NCBI GenBank assembly: GCA_965243025.1
Contig: CBDETY010000003.1
Span: 96,001 to 160,000 of the forward strand
Source: Candidatus Latescibacterota bacterium
GTDB lineage: Bacteria; Latescibacterota; UBA2968; UBA8231
Direction: 5' to 3'
Length of the DNA stretch: 64,000 nucleotides
The notes below the pieces were generated by a model. That model was not told the origin of the DNA. It saw nothing but the letters and a program-made list of their open reading frames with translations, and did not search any database. Below, in pieces: positions 10,688 to 19,866 of the stretch. The position numbers and the translations under genes are program-made. Every line of letters starts with the position of its first letter. Positions within the stretch are counted from its first letter, which is position 1.

Positions 10688-11698
10688 ATGCGAACAATCG
10701 GCATCGGCTGCTACGGAACGAACGGCCACCAGATACTCGGTCTGGCGCCTGTGTTGAAGGGCGCCTCCATCGAGGCCGTCGCCGGCGTCTCCGAAGCGGA
10801 GTTCGCCAGGATTGCGGAGGAACATCCGAACCTGGCGGGGAGCATGAAGCACCTCCCCGACCTGGAGGCGCTGCTGGCCGACGAGCGGCTCGCCATGATC
10901 AGCCTCTGCAGCCCGCGGCGGGACCGTCAGGCGGAGGAGACGATCCGCGCTCTCGAGGCGGGCAAGCATGTCCTGGCGGAAAAACCGCTCTGCCTGACGC
11001 TGGAGGAACTGCAGCGCATCCGCGGCGCCGAGGAACGGACCGACAGGGAGCTGCGCGCCATGACCGGGTCGATCTACGAGTCCTCCTGGACGGCAATGAA
11101 GGAGGTGGTCGACAGCGGCGAAATCGGAGAGCCGGTGCAGGTCGCGGCGCAGAAATCCTACCCCTACCACGACAGACGCCCCCAGGACCGGGGCGTCGAC
11201 GGCGGCCTGATCCGCCAGGCGGGAATCCACGCCGTCACCTTCATCCGCTGGGCGACCGGCCGTGAGTTCACAACGGTCTCAGCCTTCGATTCCACCAGCG
11301 GCAATCCGCGCGCCGGCCGGCTGCAGATGACGGCCGGACTTGCCTTCACCCTCGACAACGGAGGCACCGGAGCCGCCAACCTCAACTACCTCAATCCGCG
11401 CCAGACCGGCAGCTGGGGCGACGACCGGCTGCGGGTGTACGGCACCGAAGGCATGGTGGAGAACCTGCGGGGGACAGCCCGCCTCCAGGTCGCGACCAAC
11501 CGCAAGGGGACGCGCGAAATCGAAGCGCCGGCGGAAAGCCCCGGCAGGCTGGAGCAGGCCTTCATCGACCTGATCCTGCACGGAACCCCGATGCGCGCCA
11601 GCGCCGGGGACTGCCTGCTGGAGACCGAGGTGGTGTGCGCCGCCCAGCTCTCCGCGGACCGGGGCGGTGAGCCCGTTCGCATCGGGCAGGGGGTTTAG
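10688..11698 (+). CDS. Gfo/Idh/MocA family oxidoreductase
   Basis: ALEAGKHVLAEKPL motif, GEIGEP and GG-LIRQAGIH; ATG at 10688. Confidence 0.9.
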   Translation: MRTIGIGCYGTNGHQILGLAPVLKGASIEAVAGVSEAEFARIAEEHPNLAGSMKHLPDLEALLADERLAMISLCSPRRDRQAEETIRALEAGKHVLAEKPLCLTLEELQRIRGAEERTDRELRAMTGSIYESSWTAMKEVVDSGEIGEPVQVAAQKSYPYHDRRPQDRGVDGGLIRQAGIHAVTFIRWATGREFTTVSAFDSTSGNPRAGRLQMTAGLAFTLDNGGTGAANLNYLNPRQTGSWGDDRLRVYGTEGMVENLRGTARLQVATNRKGTREIEAPAESPGRLEQAFIDLILHGTPMRASAGDCLLETEVVCAAQLSADRGGEPVRIGQGV

Positions 11699-11862
11699 TG
11701 TCCCGTCGCAGAAATATGTCGACATCGGGAAGCCGATCCATCCCGGCTCACGGCGTTGCCTTCGCTCGCCGTACACCCTCGGTACGACTCGCTCAGGCGC
11801 CTTGTGAGCCGGGCGCCTCGGCATCCCGATTCTGTCAATCTATCTCTGCGACGGGACACCAG
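11696..11862. repeat. MITE-like element with 15-bp terminal inverted repeats and an internal hairpin
   Basis: GTGTCCCGTCGCAGA (11698-11712) and TCTGCGACGGGACAC (11845-11859); internal CCCGGCTCAC...GTGAGCCGGG stem. Confidence 0.7.
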
Positions 11863-11928
11863 TGTCCTGGACATTCCCGACGACTCCGCACTTCTTCGCC
11901 CGGCGTACTTCTTTCAGGGAGATCACCC

Positions 11929-12651
11929 ATGCACCTCAAGCACATGCGTCCCTACCAGCTGAAAGCGGCGGCGGCCGCCAACCAGCCGCTGCTGGTGCCG
12001 GCCGGCTGTATCGAGACCCACGGTCCGCACATGGCCATCGGCCACGACACCATCATCGTCGAGGAGATCTGCGCCCGCATCGCCGAGCGCGTCGGCGTCG
12101 TCATCGCCCCTTCCTTCGACTACGGGCCCACGGCGTACGCCCTGGGCGGGCCGGCCGACGGCACCATCGACCCCGACTACGACGGCTTCCACCGCCTCGT
12201 CAAGTCCGTGTTGCGCAATTTCCTCGAAATGGGGTTCAAGCGCGTCGTCGTCATCATCATGCACCAGGGAATGGGGGGCCCCCTGGCCCAGTCGTTTTCG
12301 AAGGCTGCCTCGGAGCTTTCCGGGGAGCGGGTGCTCGAGCAATACCCGCGCGGCTGGTGGGCGGACCCGGCGCTGCGCGACAGGTGGGGCGATTTCGGGA
12401 GCGTCCAGGTCGAGCCGATGATCCTGCCGGAGGCTTCCCCCCCGGCAGGAGGCGACCACGCCGGGTACAACGAGACGTCCTTTCTCATCGCCACCCGTCC
12501 CGAGCTCGTCGAGCAGGACCGTCTCGACGGAGACGCCCCCTGGTACTGCGGCGTCGAGGGGGAGGAGCGCACGAGCTGGAGCGCCAACGCCGGGCACGGA
12601 CAGGCCATGGTCGACGCCGTCGTCGACGCCTGGGTGTCCCGGTTGGGTTAG
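11929..12651 (+). CDS. Creatininase family protein
   Basis: PAGCIETHGPHMAIGHD and DHAGYNETS metal-binding motifs; ATG at 11929. Confidence 0.85.
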   Translation: MHLKHMRPYQLKAAAAANQPLLVPAGCIETHGPHMAIGHDTIIVEEICARIAERVGVVIAPSFDYGPTAYALGGPADGTIDPDYDGFHRLVKSVLRNFLEMGFKRVVVIIMHQGMGGPLAQSFSKAASELSGERVLEQYPRGWWADPALRDRWGDFGSVQVEPMILPEASPPAGGDHAGYNETSFLIATRPELVEQDRLDGDAPWYCGVEGEERTSWSANAGHGQAMVDAVVDAWVSRLG

Positions 12652-12674
12652 AGGGTGCTGAGCGAACTGTCGGG

Positions 12675-12862
12675 TTAATTCTGAGCTATCAGGCCGGCGA
12701 CCTTCTCGGCCAGACGAACGGCCTCCTCGGCCGCATTGAGGTCGGGTTCTACCGGGCTCTCACTCGGATACCGTACTGCCGTTCCATATTCATTCAGAAT
12801 TCAGCCTCCAGATCCTGCTTCGCCTTCTCAAACCAGTCCCGCTCAGGCCGCAGGTCGCTCAT
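12675..12862 (-). pseudogene. HEPN-domain gene remnant (central deletion and frameshift)
   Basis: MSDLRPERDWFEKAKQDLE is joined out of frame to LNEYGTAVRYP..AAEEAVRLAEKV. These are the N- and C-terminal ends of a HEPN domain. The start overlaps the end of the MNT gene. Confidence 0.7.
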
Positions 12863-13187
12863 ACAGCACCTCGCCCTCTTCAAATGCCTTGTGGATCAAC
12901 GAATACGGATCGTTGCGCTGCTGGGCTACAGCTTCTGGAGACCTCACAATCACATCGACGGGCAGCACGAATCGCTCGGCGATTGCCCGCCGAATGGGAT
13001 TGCCCCGCCCCCTTTCCCTCTCATCCCGCATCACGACCAACAGGTCCACATCACTGTGCACTCCAGCCTGTCCGCGGGCGTGGCTGCCGAAGAGGATGAC
13101 CTGATCCGGATCAAAGCGTTCAGCGATCAACCGGGCGATGGCCTGGATGGTGGGTTTGTCGATTCGGACTTCAATGGTCTCCATCAA
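12843..13187 (-). CDS. Minimal nucleotidyltransferase (MNT antitoxin-type)
   Basis: LFGSHARGQAGVHSDVDLLVV motif; GAGGAGG RBS. Confidence 0.9.
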   Translation of the reverse strand: MMETIEVRIDKPTIQAIARLIAERFDPDQVILFGSHARGQAGVHSDVDLLVVMRDERERGRGNPIRRAIAERFVLPVDVIVRSPEAVAQQRNDPYSLIHKAFEEGEVLYERPAA

Positions 13188-13447
13188 TGACCCTCCTCAT
13201 CAAGGACCCCCTCCTGATCGCAAGAGGATCTACATGTACAAAGAGCCTTGCCTGCTCAGTCGGTGGTCTGTCCGAACAAGAATACGAAGGCCGCATGGTT
13301 TTTGCCCCATGACAACTCTGGAAGCAATTCCAGGATTCTGGTCCTGGGCAAACTCGATAACGGCCGCTGCAAGGGCCGCGCGATGGCCTCTTGGGTGCAA
13401 GGCCATCGTGGCTTCATCAAAAACCAACATGTCTGGCGGTTCTGAGG

Positions 13448-14332
13448 TTACCCCGATTTCACGGACAGTTTTCCGTTTGGATTTATACCCCTTGATAAAT
13501 GATACCTCTCGTAGTTGATGGGAGATCGTTGTCCCAGGGCCGAGTGCCGCCGATGGGGGTTGTACCAGCCTTCCAGGTATTCGAAAACCGTACGCTGGGC
13601 TTGCGACTGGGTAGCAAACCGATGACGATCCAGCAGCTCCCTTTCCAAGGTGGCGAAAAAGCTTTCGCACAGAGCATTGTCGAAGCAGTCACCGACCGAT
13701 CCCATCGACGGACGTACCCCGGCCTGGCGACAGCGCTTCCCGAAGGCCAGGGCCGTATACTGACTGCCGTGGTCGGAGTGGTGAATCACTTTCTTGGGAC
13801 GGCGCCGGTGCAGGGCCATGTCAAGGGCGTCCAGCACCAACTGCGTACGCATATGGTTCGCCATGGCCCAGCCCACCACTCGGCGGCTCCAGGCGTCCAT
13901 GACCACGCTCAGATACAAAAACCCCGACCTCGTGGGAATGTAGGTGAGATCGGCAACCCACAGGCGATTCGGGCCGGAGACCGAAAACACCCGCTTGACC
14001 AGGTCGGAGGCGACCCGGCCCTGCCGGCCGCGACGGGTGGTGGAGAGGCGGCGGCGGGCGCATACCCCGCGCACCCCGAGCTCAAGCATCAATCGGGCGA
14101 TGCGCTTGCGACCGATGGCTTGGCCCTCCTCGGCCAGTTCGGCCCGGATCCTCGGCGCTCCATAAGTGCCCCGGGAGTGTTGGTGGATCTGCTCGACACG
14201 TGCCTTGAGCACGGCATCGGCCCGGGCGCGACCCGAAGGCGGGCGTTTCAACCAGGCGTAGTAGCCGCTGGGGGAGACCTTCAGCACGCGGCACATCGTC
14301 AGCACCGGAAAGTCGGCCTGGTGCGCTCTCAT
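13448..14332 (-). CDS. IS3-family transposase OrfB (rve/DDE)
   Basis: WVADLTY, HHSDHGSQY, DNALCESFF and YNPHRRHS motifs. Confidence 0.95.
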   Translation of the reverse strand: MRAHQADFPVLTMCRVLKVSPSGYYAWLKRPPSGRARADAVLKARVEQIHQHSRGTYGAPRIRAELAEEGQAIGRKRIARLMLELGVRGVCARRRLSTTRRGRQGRVASDLVKRVFSVSGPNRLWVADLTYIPTRSGFLYLSVVMDAWSRRVVGWAMANHMRTQLVLDALDMALHRRRPKKVIHHSDHGSQYTALAFGKRCRQAGVRPSMGSVGDCFDNALCESFFATLERELLDRHRFATQSQAQRTVFEYLEGWYNPHRRHSALGQRSPINYERYHLSRGINPNGKLSVKSG

Positions 14333-14643
14333 GAACTCGTAGACGGGCCGGACTCCGAGTCGGCCTCGCGAGCGAACCAGGCCGTGGCTTTTGCCAGGAT
14401 CTCCCGTTCGATACGCAGTTGCTTGTTCTCACGGCGAAGGCGCCGCAATTCCTCCTGCTCCGGACGGGAGGGGCCGTCGCGGCGCACCCCCTCATCGCGT
14501 TCGGCCTGGATCACCCAGTTGCGGATCGTCTGCCCGGACGGCTCGAATTCCTTGGCCAGCGACTCCGGACTACGACCCGCCCGTACCAGTTCCACCATCT
14601 GTTGCCGGAATTCGGGCGGATAAGGGGAATGGGATTTCGGCAT
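14329..14643 (-). CDS. IS3-family transposase OrfA (HTH)
   Basis: YPPEFRQQMVELVRAG..TIRNWV..EELRRLRRENKQLRIEREILAKA; ATGA overlap with orfB. Confidence 0.95.
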   Translation of the reverse strand: MPKSHSPYPPEFRQQMVELVRAGRSPESLAKEFEPSGQTIRNWVIQAERDEGVRRDGPSRPEQEELRRLRRENKQLRIEREILAKATAWFAREADSESGPSTSS

Positions 14644-14898
14644 GGTTGGACACCCTCCTTTCTTTCAAGAAATGAAGTGTCCACGAAATCGGGTCAACTC
14701 CAGTTCATCGGATTCGGGGCGGATGTCAAACGATCGACCGAATGACAAGTAGAGGGCGACGAGGTCCTCGATTGCCTGGGAGCCGAACAATCATGTCAAG
14801 CCAGGGGCTTGCTTGAACAGTAGACCCAGAATCCCACTCTGACCTGCCGCATCGCCTATGTGCAAGGTGTGACTCTTGACAACAGTCACGGCCATCTT

Positions 14899-14988
14899 CA
14901 CCGCCACCCTCGTTTCCGCATCCCCCGCCGCCAGGGTGTTCATCCAGGCCAGGATCAGCTCCTCAGTGCGATAGCGGCCGAATTGCCC
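14899..14988 (-). pseudogene. Fragment resembling the extreme C-terminus of large type IIG/Eco57I-like R-M proteins
   Basis: Translates GQFGRYRTEELILAWMNTLAAGDAETRVAV; the family was recognised from memory, not by search. Confidence 0.45.
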
Positions 14989-15136
14989 TGGGCTGCCCGA
15001 AGGTTCTGCGCCGGGGGGCGCGGTAACAGTCGCGGCCTATGGAAGAATGGGAATTTCTCGCGCCCCCGGAACCGCCGAAATCGCTGTCCACTTCATGGGA
15101 CGTCCGGGATTTTCGGGGCCGGCTGCCGGATGCGGG

Positions 15137-16252
15137 TCAGGGCTCGACGACCACCTTCATCGAACCCTCGCTGCCGGTGAGGCGGATACCCTCCTCGGTA
15201 TCGGCGAGCGTCACCCGGTGGGTGATGAAGCGGTCGAGGGGGGCGGCGGAGTTCTTGAGGAAGCTCAGCGCCGTCTTGAACTGCATCCCCGGGTAGGCCC
15301 ACATGCCGCGGATGTCGAGGTCCTTGAAGCAGACGGTGTTGGGGTGGATGTCGACGCCCCCCGGGTCGGTGAAGTGGCCGACCTCGACGACGATGCCGCC
15401 CCGCTTCACCAGGTCGAGGGACTCCTTGAAGACGACGGGGACCCCGGCGGTCTCGATGACGATGTCCGGGCCGATACCCCCGGTCAGATCCTGCACCGTC
15501 TGCTGCCGCTCCTCGAGATTGGCGGCGGCGTCGACTACCTGGTGCGCCCCCATCGCGGCGGCCATCTCCAGCCGCGAGGCGCTGAGGTCGGAAGCGATGA
15601 TCAGGTCGGTGCCGATGTGGGCGAGGACGGCGATGACGAGCTGGCCGATCGGCCCGGCCCCGAGCACGAGCACGGACTTGTCCATGCCCAGTCCTTCCCC
15701 GATGTGGGGGATGCCTGGCCCGAGGGCGCGCTCGACGGCGCGGGTGGCGACCGCGGCCGGCTCGGTGAGCACGGCCCGGTCCGAGCTCAGCTCGTCGGGG
15801 ATCCTGAAGATCCAGGAGCGCGGCCCCAGGTGCATCTGCTCGGCGAAACCGCCGCGCGGGGCCGGCGGCAGGTCGCAGGAGACGAACCCGTGGACGTAGC
15901 GCCCGGTGCAGAGGGTGGGGCGCTGCGGCATGTGCAGGCAGTAGTGGCAGCGGCTGCAGGCGGTCGAGCTCGGGGTGGTGGTGACGCGGTCCCCTTCGGC
16001 GAGGGAGCCCCCGACGACGGCCATCTCTTCGGCTGCTCGCGGCCCGATCTCGGCGATCCTGCCGACCAGCTCGTGCCCGGGAACGAGGGGGAACTGCAGC
16101 GGCATGTGGCCGGCGTAGATGTGCTTGTCGCTGCCGCAGATGCCGGTGCTCTCGATGTCGAGCAGCAGCTCGTCGGCGGCGATGCCGGGGCGCGGGAACT
16201 CCCGCACCTCGACGGCGCCGGGTTGCGTCATCACCGCCGCCTGAATCGCCAT
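15137..16252 (-). CDS. Zinc-binding (MDR) dehydrogenase
   Basis: GICGSD, GHELVG, C-x2-C-x2-C-x8-C and GAGPIG motifs. Confidence 0.92.
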   Translation of the reverse strand: MAIQAAVMTQPGAVEVREFPRPGIAADELLLDIESTGICGSDKHIYAGHMPLQFPLVPGHELVGRIAEIGPRAAEEMAVVGGSLAEGDRVTTTPSSTACSRCHYCLHMPQRPTLCTGRYVHGFVSCDLPPAPRGGFAEQMHLGPRSWIFRIPDELSSDRAVLTEPAAVATRAVERALGPGIPHIGEGLGMDKSVLVLGAGPIGQLVIAVLAHIGTDLIIASDLSASRLEMAAAMGAHQVVDAAANLEERQQTVQDLTGGIGPDIVIETAGVPVVFKESLDLVKRGGIVVEVGHFTDPGGVDIHPNTVCFKDLDIRGMWAYPGMQFKTALSFLKNSAAPLDRFITHRVTLADTEEGIRLTGSEGSMKVVVEP

Positions 16253-16277
16253 CGCTCGTCCCCCTGACTGAAGCGGG

Positions 16278-17537
16278 TTACTCGAAGGGGAGCAGGTCGT
16301 CGTTGGCGTCGAACTGCATCTCCCGCGGCGGCTCGACGACGCTGAGTTCGTCGCGGCGCGCCACCTCCTTCTCGCAGGCCTCCGAAACGAGGATCTCCTC
16401 GACGTCGAGGGTGTTGCGGATGCGCATCACCCTGGCGTCGGGCGGCTCCACCAGCCCGCAGGTCGACAGCGCCGCTTCGAGCACCTTGCGGTCGCTGTCG
16501 AAGGAGATCGGCACCGCCCCGGCCGACGGGTGGTTGCCGGTCATGGTGTTGATGGCGGTCGCCTCGAGGTCGATCTGGTCGAGGATGCGCGAGTGGATGT
16601 AGTCGGCCATGCCGATGCCGGAGGCGTTGCCGTGGGTCTCCTCGGTAAGGCTGCGCACAGCGATGCGGGTGACCTTGGGGTACTCCTTCTCGGCGGCCTT
16701 GTGGTCGTAGTACTTGCGGCCGATGACGTTGGTGTCCATGCCGGAGCCGCTGATGTTCTTGCCCATCTCCTCGACGACGAGCACGTCGATCTGCTCGAAC
16801 GGCAGCGAGGGCATCCACTTCTTGGCCAGCAGCAGCAGCTCCTTCTCCCCCTCGACGAAGTTCTCCGGCTCCACGGCGCGCACCAGGGCGGTCCTGTCGT
16901 ACTGGTTCTCGACGATGCCGAGGCCGAACAGCACCCCGCACTTGTCGATCACCGTCTGGCCGACCGAGCGCACGATGCGGTCGAAGCTGTAGTGGACGAT
17001 GGCCTGGTGGTAGAGGGCGGCCCCTTTGTGCTTGCCCAGCCCGATCAGCATCATCTTGTGCAGGCCGCTCTCGATCTCCCCGACGAACCCGGTGTGCGGC
17101 TTGACGCGCCCGGCGACGACCACGTGGTCGGCCTCGTACGCGTACTTGTCGAAGAAGACGGGCACCCCGTCCCCGGTCTCGCCGACCTGCACCACCTCCA
17201 TCGACGACCGGATCGGCGCCCCGATGTACTCCTCGGTGACCCCGTAGCTCTCGATGATTTCCCGCTGCCCCTCGGCCCTGCCGCCGCCATGGCTGCCCAT
17301 CGCCGGGACTGCGAACGGCTCGGCACCCAGGGCCTGCAGCTCCTCGATCATCGATCTGGTGATCAGGGCGATGTTGGCGATGCCGCGGCTGCCGACGCTG
17401 ATGGCGACGCTGTCTCCCTTGCCGACCTTGCCGGAAAGGTTCAGCCCGGCGATCTCCTCGCGCACGGCGCCGGGAATGTCCTCGAGCGTAGGTCCGTCGA
17501 AACGCTGTTTTACCCGCATCATCCTGGGAAGTTGCAT
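16278..17537 (-). CDS. LarA-like (lactate racemase N-terminal/DUF2088) domain protein
   Basis: GSRGIAN, PAMGSHGG, RVKPHT, ESGLHKMMLIGLGKHKGA and GKNISGSGMD motifs. Confidence 0.75.
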   Translation of the reverse strand: MQLPRMMRVKQRFDGPTLEDIPGAVREEIAGLNLSGKVGKGDSVAISVGSRGIANIALITRSMIEELQALGAEPFAVPAMGSHGGGRAEGQREIIESYGVTEEYIGAPIRSSMEVVQVGETGDGVPVFFDKYAYEADHVVVAGRVKPHTGFVGEIESGLHKMMLIGLGKHKGAALYHQAIVHYSFDRIVRSVGQTVIDKCGVLFGLGIVENQYDRTALVRAVEPENFVEGEKELLLLAKKWMPSLPFEQIDVLVVEEMGKNISGSGMDTNVIGRKYYDHKAAEKEYPKVTRIAVRSLTEETHGNASGIGMADYIHSRILDQIDLEATAINTMTGNHPSAGAVPISFDSDRKVLEAALSTCGLVEPPDARVMRIRNTLDVEEILVSEACEKEVARRDELSVVEPPREMQFDANDDLLPFE

Positions 17538-17634
17538 GATCCGCTCCTGCTATGTGAAGGTGTTTTCCAGTTCCGGTACAGCGGGGTCAAATGTAGGCAA
17601 TTCCGGGCGCCGGTCACGGGGCCGGCAAGGGGGT

Positions 17635-18792
17635 CTAAATCGCCTGCCTGAAGATCCCCTCGACGTCCCGGCGCGCGGTCTTGCGGGGGTTGACCTGGAT
17701 GTTTGCGCTCTGCATGGCGGCTTCTGCGAGGTCCTCGATGCCGCTCTCCTCGACCCCGAGCGTTCCCAGCTTCTCCGGAATTCCCAGGTCCTCGTTGAGC
17801 TGGCGCACCAGCTTCACCGCCTGTCGGGCCGCCTCATGGTCGCCGAGCCCATCGGTATCTCCCCCGAGCGCCCCGGCGACGTCGGCGAACCTGCCGGTCC
17901 GCGAGGGGAGGTTGAACTCCATCACGTACGGCAGCAGCACGGCGTTGGCGAGCCCGTGGTGGACGCCGAACTGGGCCCCGACCGGGTGCGACATGGCGTG
18001 CACGTTGCCGAGCCGGGTCTGCGAAAAGGCGATTCCCGCCATGGCGCTGGCCAGCAGCATGTTCTGGGTCGCTTCGGTCTCGTAGTCGTTGGCGCAGGCG
18101 AGCCGCAGGTTCTCCCCGATCAGGCGCATCGCCTCGAGGGCCATGCCGTCGCTCGCCGGGGAGGCCATCAGGTTGGTGTACGACTCGATGGCGTGGGTCA
18201 GGGCGTCCATCCCGGTGGGACCGCCTACCGCCGCGGGCAGGGCGGTGCACAGGGCGGCGTCGAGGACGCCGGCGCGCGGGGCGATCCGCCAGCTGACGAC
18301 GGGGTCCTTGTTGCGGGATGCCGGGTTGGTCAGCACCGCGAACGGGGTGACTTCGCTGCCGGTGCCGTAAGTGGTGGGCACGCAGACCAGGGGGGGGATG
18401 TCCCTGGTGATCTTCCCAGGGGCCATCAGGTACTCCTCGATGCGGCCCCCGTGGGAGGCGAGGACGCCGATCATCTTGGCGACGTCCATCGGGCTTCCGC
18501 CCCCCACGCCGAGCAGGGCGCCGCACTCCTGTTCGCTGAAGATGCGGGCCCCTTCCTCGACGCAGCTCGCCGGGGGGTTGGGGAGCACCCCGGAGAACAG
18601 GGTGCAGTCGACCTCCGCCTCATCGAGGACCGCGGCGACCTTGTCTATCACCCCGGCCTCGCGCAGCCCCTCGTCGGTGACGAGGAGGATCCGGGTGCCG
18701 GAGGGCAGCAGTTCGGGAAGCCGGGAAAGGGCGCCGGGACCGTGCAGCAGCCGCGTCGGGCTGCGGAACTCGAGGATTTCCTGATAGGCCAT
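17635..18792 (-). CDS. Iron-containing alcohol dehydrogenase
   Basis: GGGSPMDVAK, PTTYGTGSEVT, DALTHAIES and HAMSH..HHGLAN motifs. Confidence 0.93.
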   Translation of the reverse strand: MAYQEILEFRSPTRLLHGPGALSRLPELLPSGTRILLVTDEGLREAGVIDKVAAVLDEAEVDCTLFSGVLPNPPASCVEEGARIFSEQECGALLGVGGGSPMDVAKMIGVLASHGGRIEEYLMAPGKITRDIPPLVCVPTTYGTGSEVTPFAVLTNPASRNKDPVVSWRIAPRAGVLDAALCTALPAAVGGPTGMDALTHAIESYTNLMASPASDGMALEAMRLIGENLRLACANDYETEATQNMLLASAMAGIAFSQTRLGNVHAMSHPVGAQFGVHHGLANAVLLPYVMEFNLPSRTGRFADVAGALGGDTDGLGDHEAARQAVKLVRQLNEDLGIPEKLGTLGVEESGIEDLAEAAMQSANIQVNPRKTARRDVEGIFRQAI

Positions 18793-18845
18793 AAGTCCGT
18801 CTGTCTGATAGGGTTAGAACAGTGGTGGGCCCAATGCGGCTGGCC

Positions 18846-19850
18846 CTATTCCATCTCAAGGGAGGCCTTGATCCGCCCCCAGGAGACCGATTCGACCGCG
18901 GAGCCTTCCGGCTCGGTGTTGGCGGGCAGCAGGATGCCGTCGAGGAAAAAATCCGCTTGAACAAATATTATGTCGAAAATTGTGTCTAATTCCCTACCCT
19001 CGCCGGGATCAGTGGGCTCCATGGCTTCGGGGATCCACCAGGTCGGCGCCCTTTCGTTTTCGTCCCAGTCATTCACCATGATCGCAAAGCCGATCACTTG
19101 TCCCGGTGCCAGATCGCTGAATTCCGTCTCTTCTATCTCATCCCACGCTCCCCCCGAATCGTGCGGAGTGACATACAGCTCGATCACGCTGATGGTCGGC
19201 GCTTCCCCGAATGCGCCCCCGCCCGCATCTCCATACGGGGGAAACATTTTCCAGGAGAATCCCCGAGCCCCGTCAGGGGTATCGATCAGCGGCCCGGTGA
19301 CGGTGCGGGCAATCGCCTCATATCTCTGGGTTCGGCCGTATGCCTGCATTTGCTCCTCCTGGGTCGAAAAAAACGAAAATCCTTCCCCCCCACTGTGGTC
19401 TCCGTCGAATGCCAGAGTGATGCTGTCATGCATTTCGATGGAGCTTCGGCCCCCATCAGGAGCATCGTAGTCGTGATCGTTCCGATACAGATCATCGCTG
19501 GCTGCGAAGGCGACGTAGAGACGGTCCGGGTCGTCGTGCCAGGCCAGCCAGATCCGGAAGTCGAGGTTGGAGGGATCCGGAAGCATGTAGTTCGTGGGTG
19601 TCTTAAAATCCAGCAGGGTCATGGCCGGCTCGCCGATCAGCTCGAACCATTCGTCTAACATTCCGTCGTCGAGCTGGATCTGTTCCAGCATCTCGTCGGT
19701 CAGCTCGGCGATCGGGAAGACTCGACCGCCGCTGTGGGCGCCTGCCTGAGCAGGAAAGCAGGCGGACAGGGCCGACCCGACGAGCAGGCCGAGGGCCATG
19801 CGCCGGTGATTCCTGAGACATCCCGCACCATCTGGTTTCCTTCGGCTCAT
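18846..19850 (-). CDS. Secreted CBM9/DOMON-like protein with a C-terminal SWGRIKA motif (paralog 4)
   Basis: Signal peptide AGA-H; LDFRIWLAWHDDPDRLYVAF; ends ESVSWGRIKASLEME; start codon uncertain. Confidence 0.7.
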   Translation of the reverse strand: MSRRKPDGAGCLRNHRRMALGLLVGSALSACFPAQAGAHSGGRVFPIAELTDEMLEQIQLDDGMLDEWFELIGEPAMTLLDFKTPTNYMLPDPSNLDFRIWLAWHDDPDRLYVAFAASDDLYRNDHDYDAPDGGRSSIEMHDSITLAFDGDHSGGEGFSFFSTQEEQMQAYGRTQRYEAIARTVTGPLIDTPDGARGFSWKMFPPYGDAGGGAFGEAPTISVIELYVTPHDSGGAWDEIEETEFSDLAPGQVIGFAIMVNDWDENERAPTWWIPEAMEPTDPGEGRELDTIFDIIFVQADFFLDGILLPANTEPEGSAVESVSWGRIKASLEME

Positions 19851-19866
19851 GCCCGAGAGGACTGTC

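Larger units (their letters stand above)
13443..14702 (-). mobile_element. IS3-family insertion sequence, 1260 bp
   Basis: Imperfect terminal IRs TGAGGTTACCCCGATTTCACGGACA and TGGAGTTGACCCGATTTCGTGGACA; GTTC duplicated at 13439-13442 and 14703-14706. Confidence 0.95.

Noticed and set aside
14329-14345. Programmed -1 frameshift site between IS3 orfA and orfB
   Set aside because: No A6G-type slippery run is visible at the junction; the ATGA overlap suggests translational coupling.
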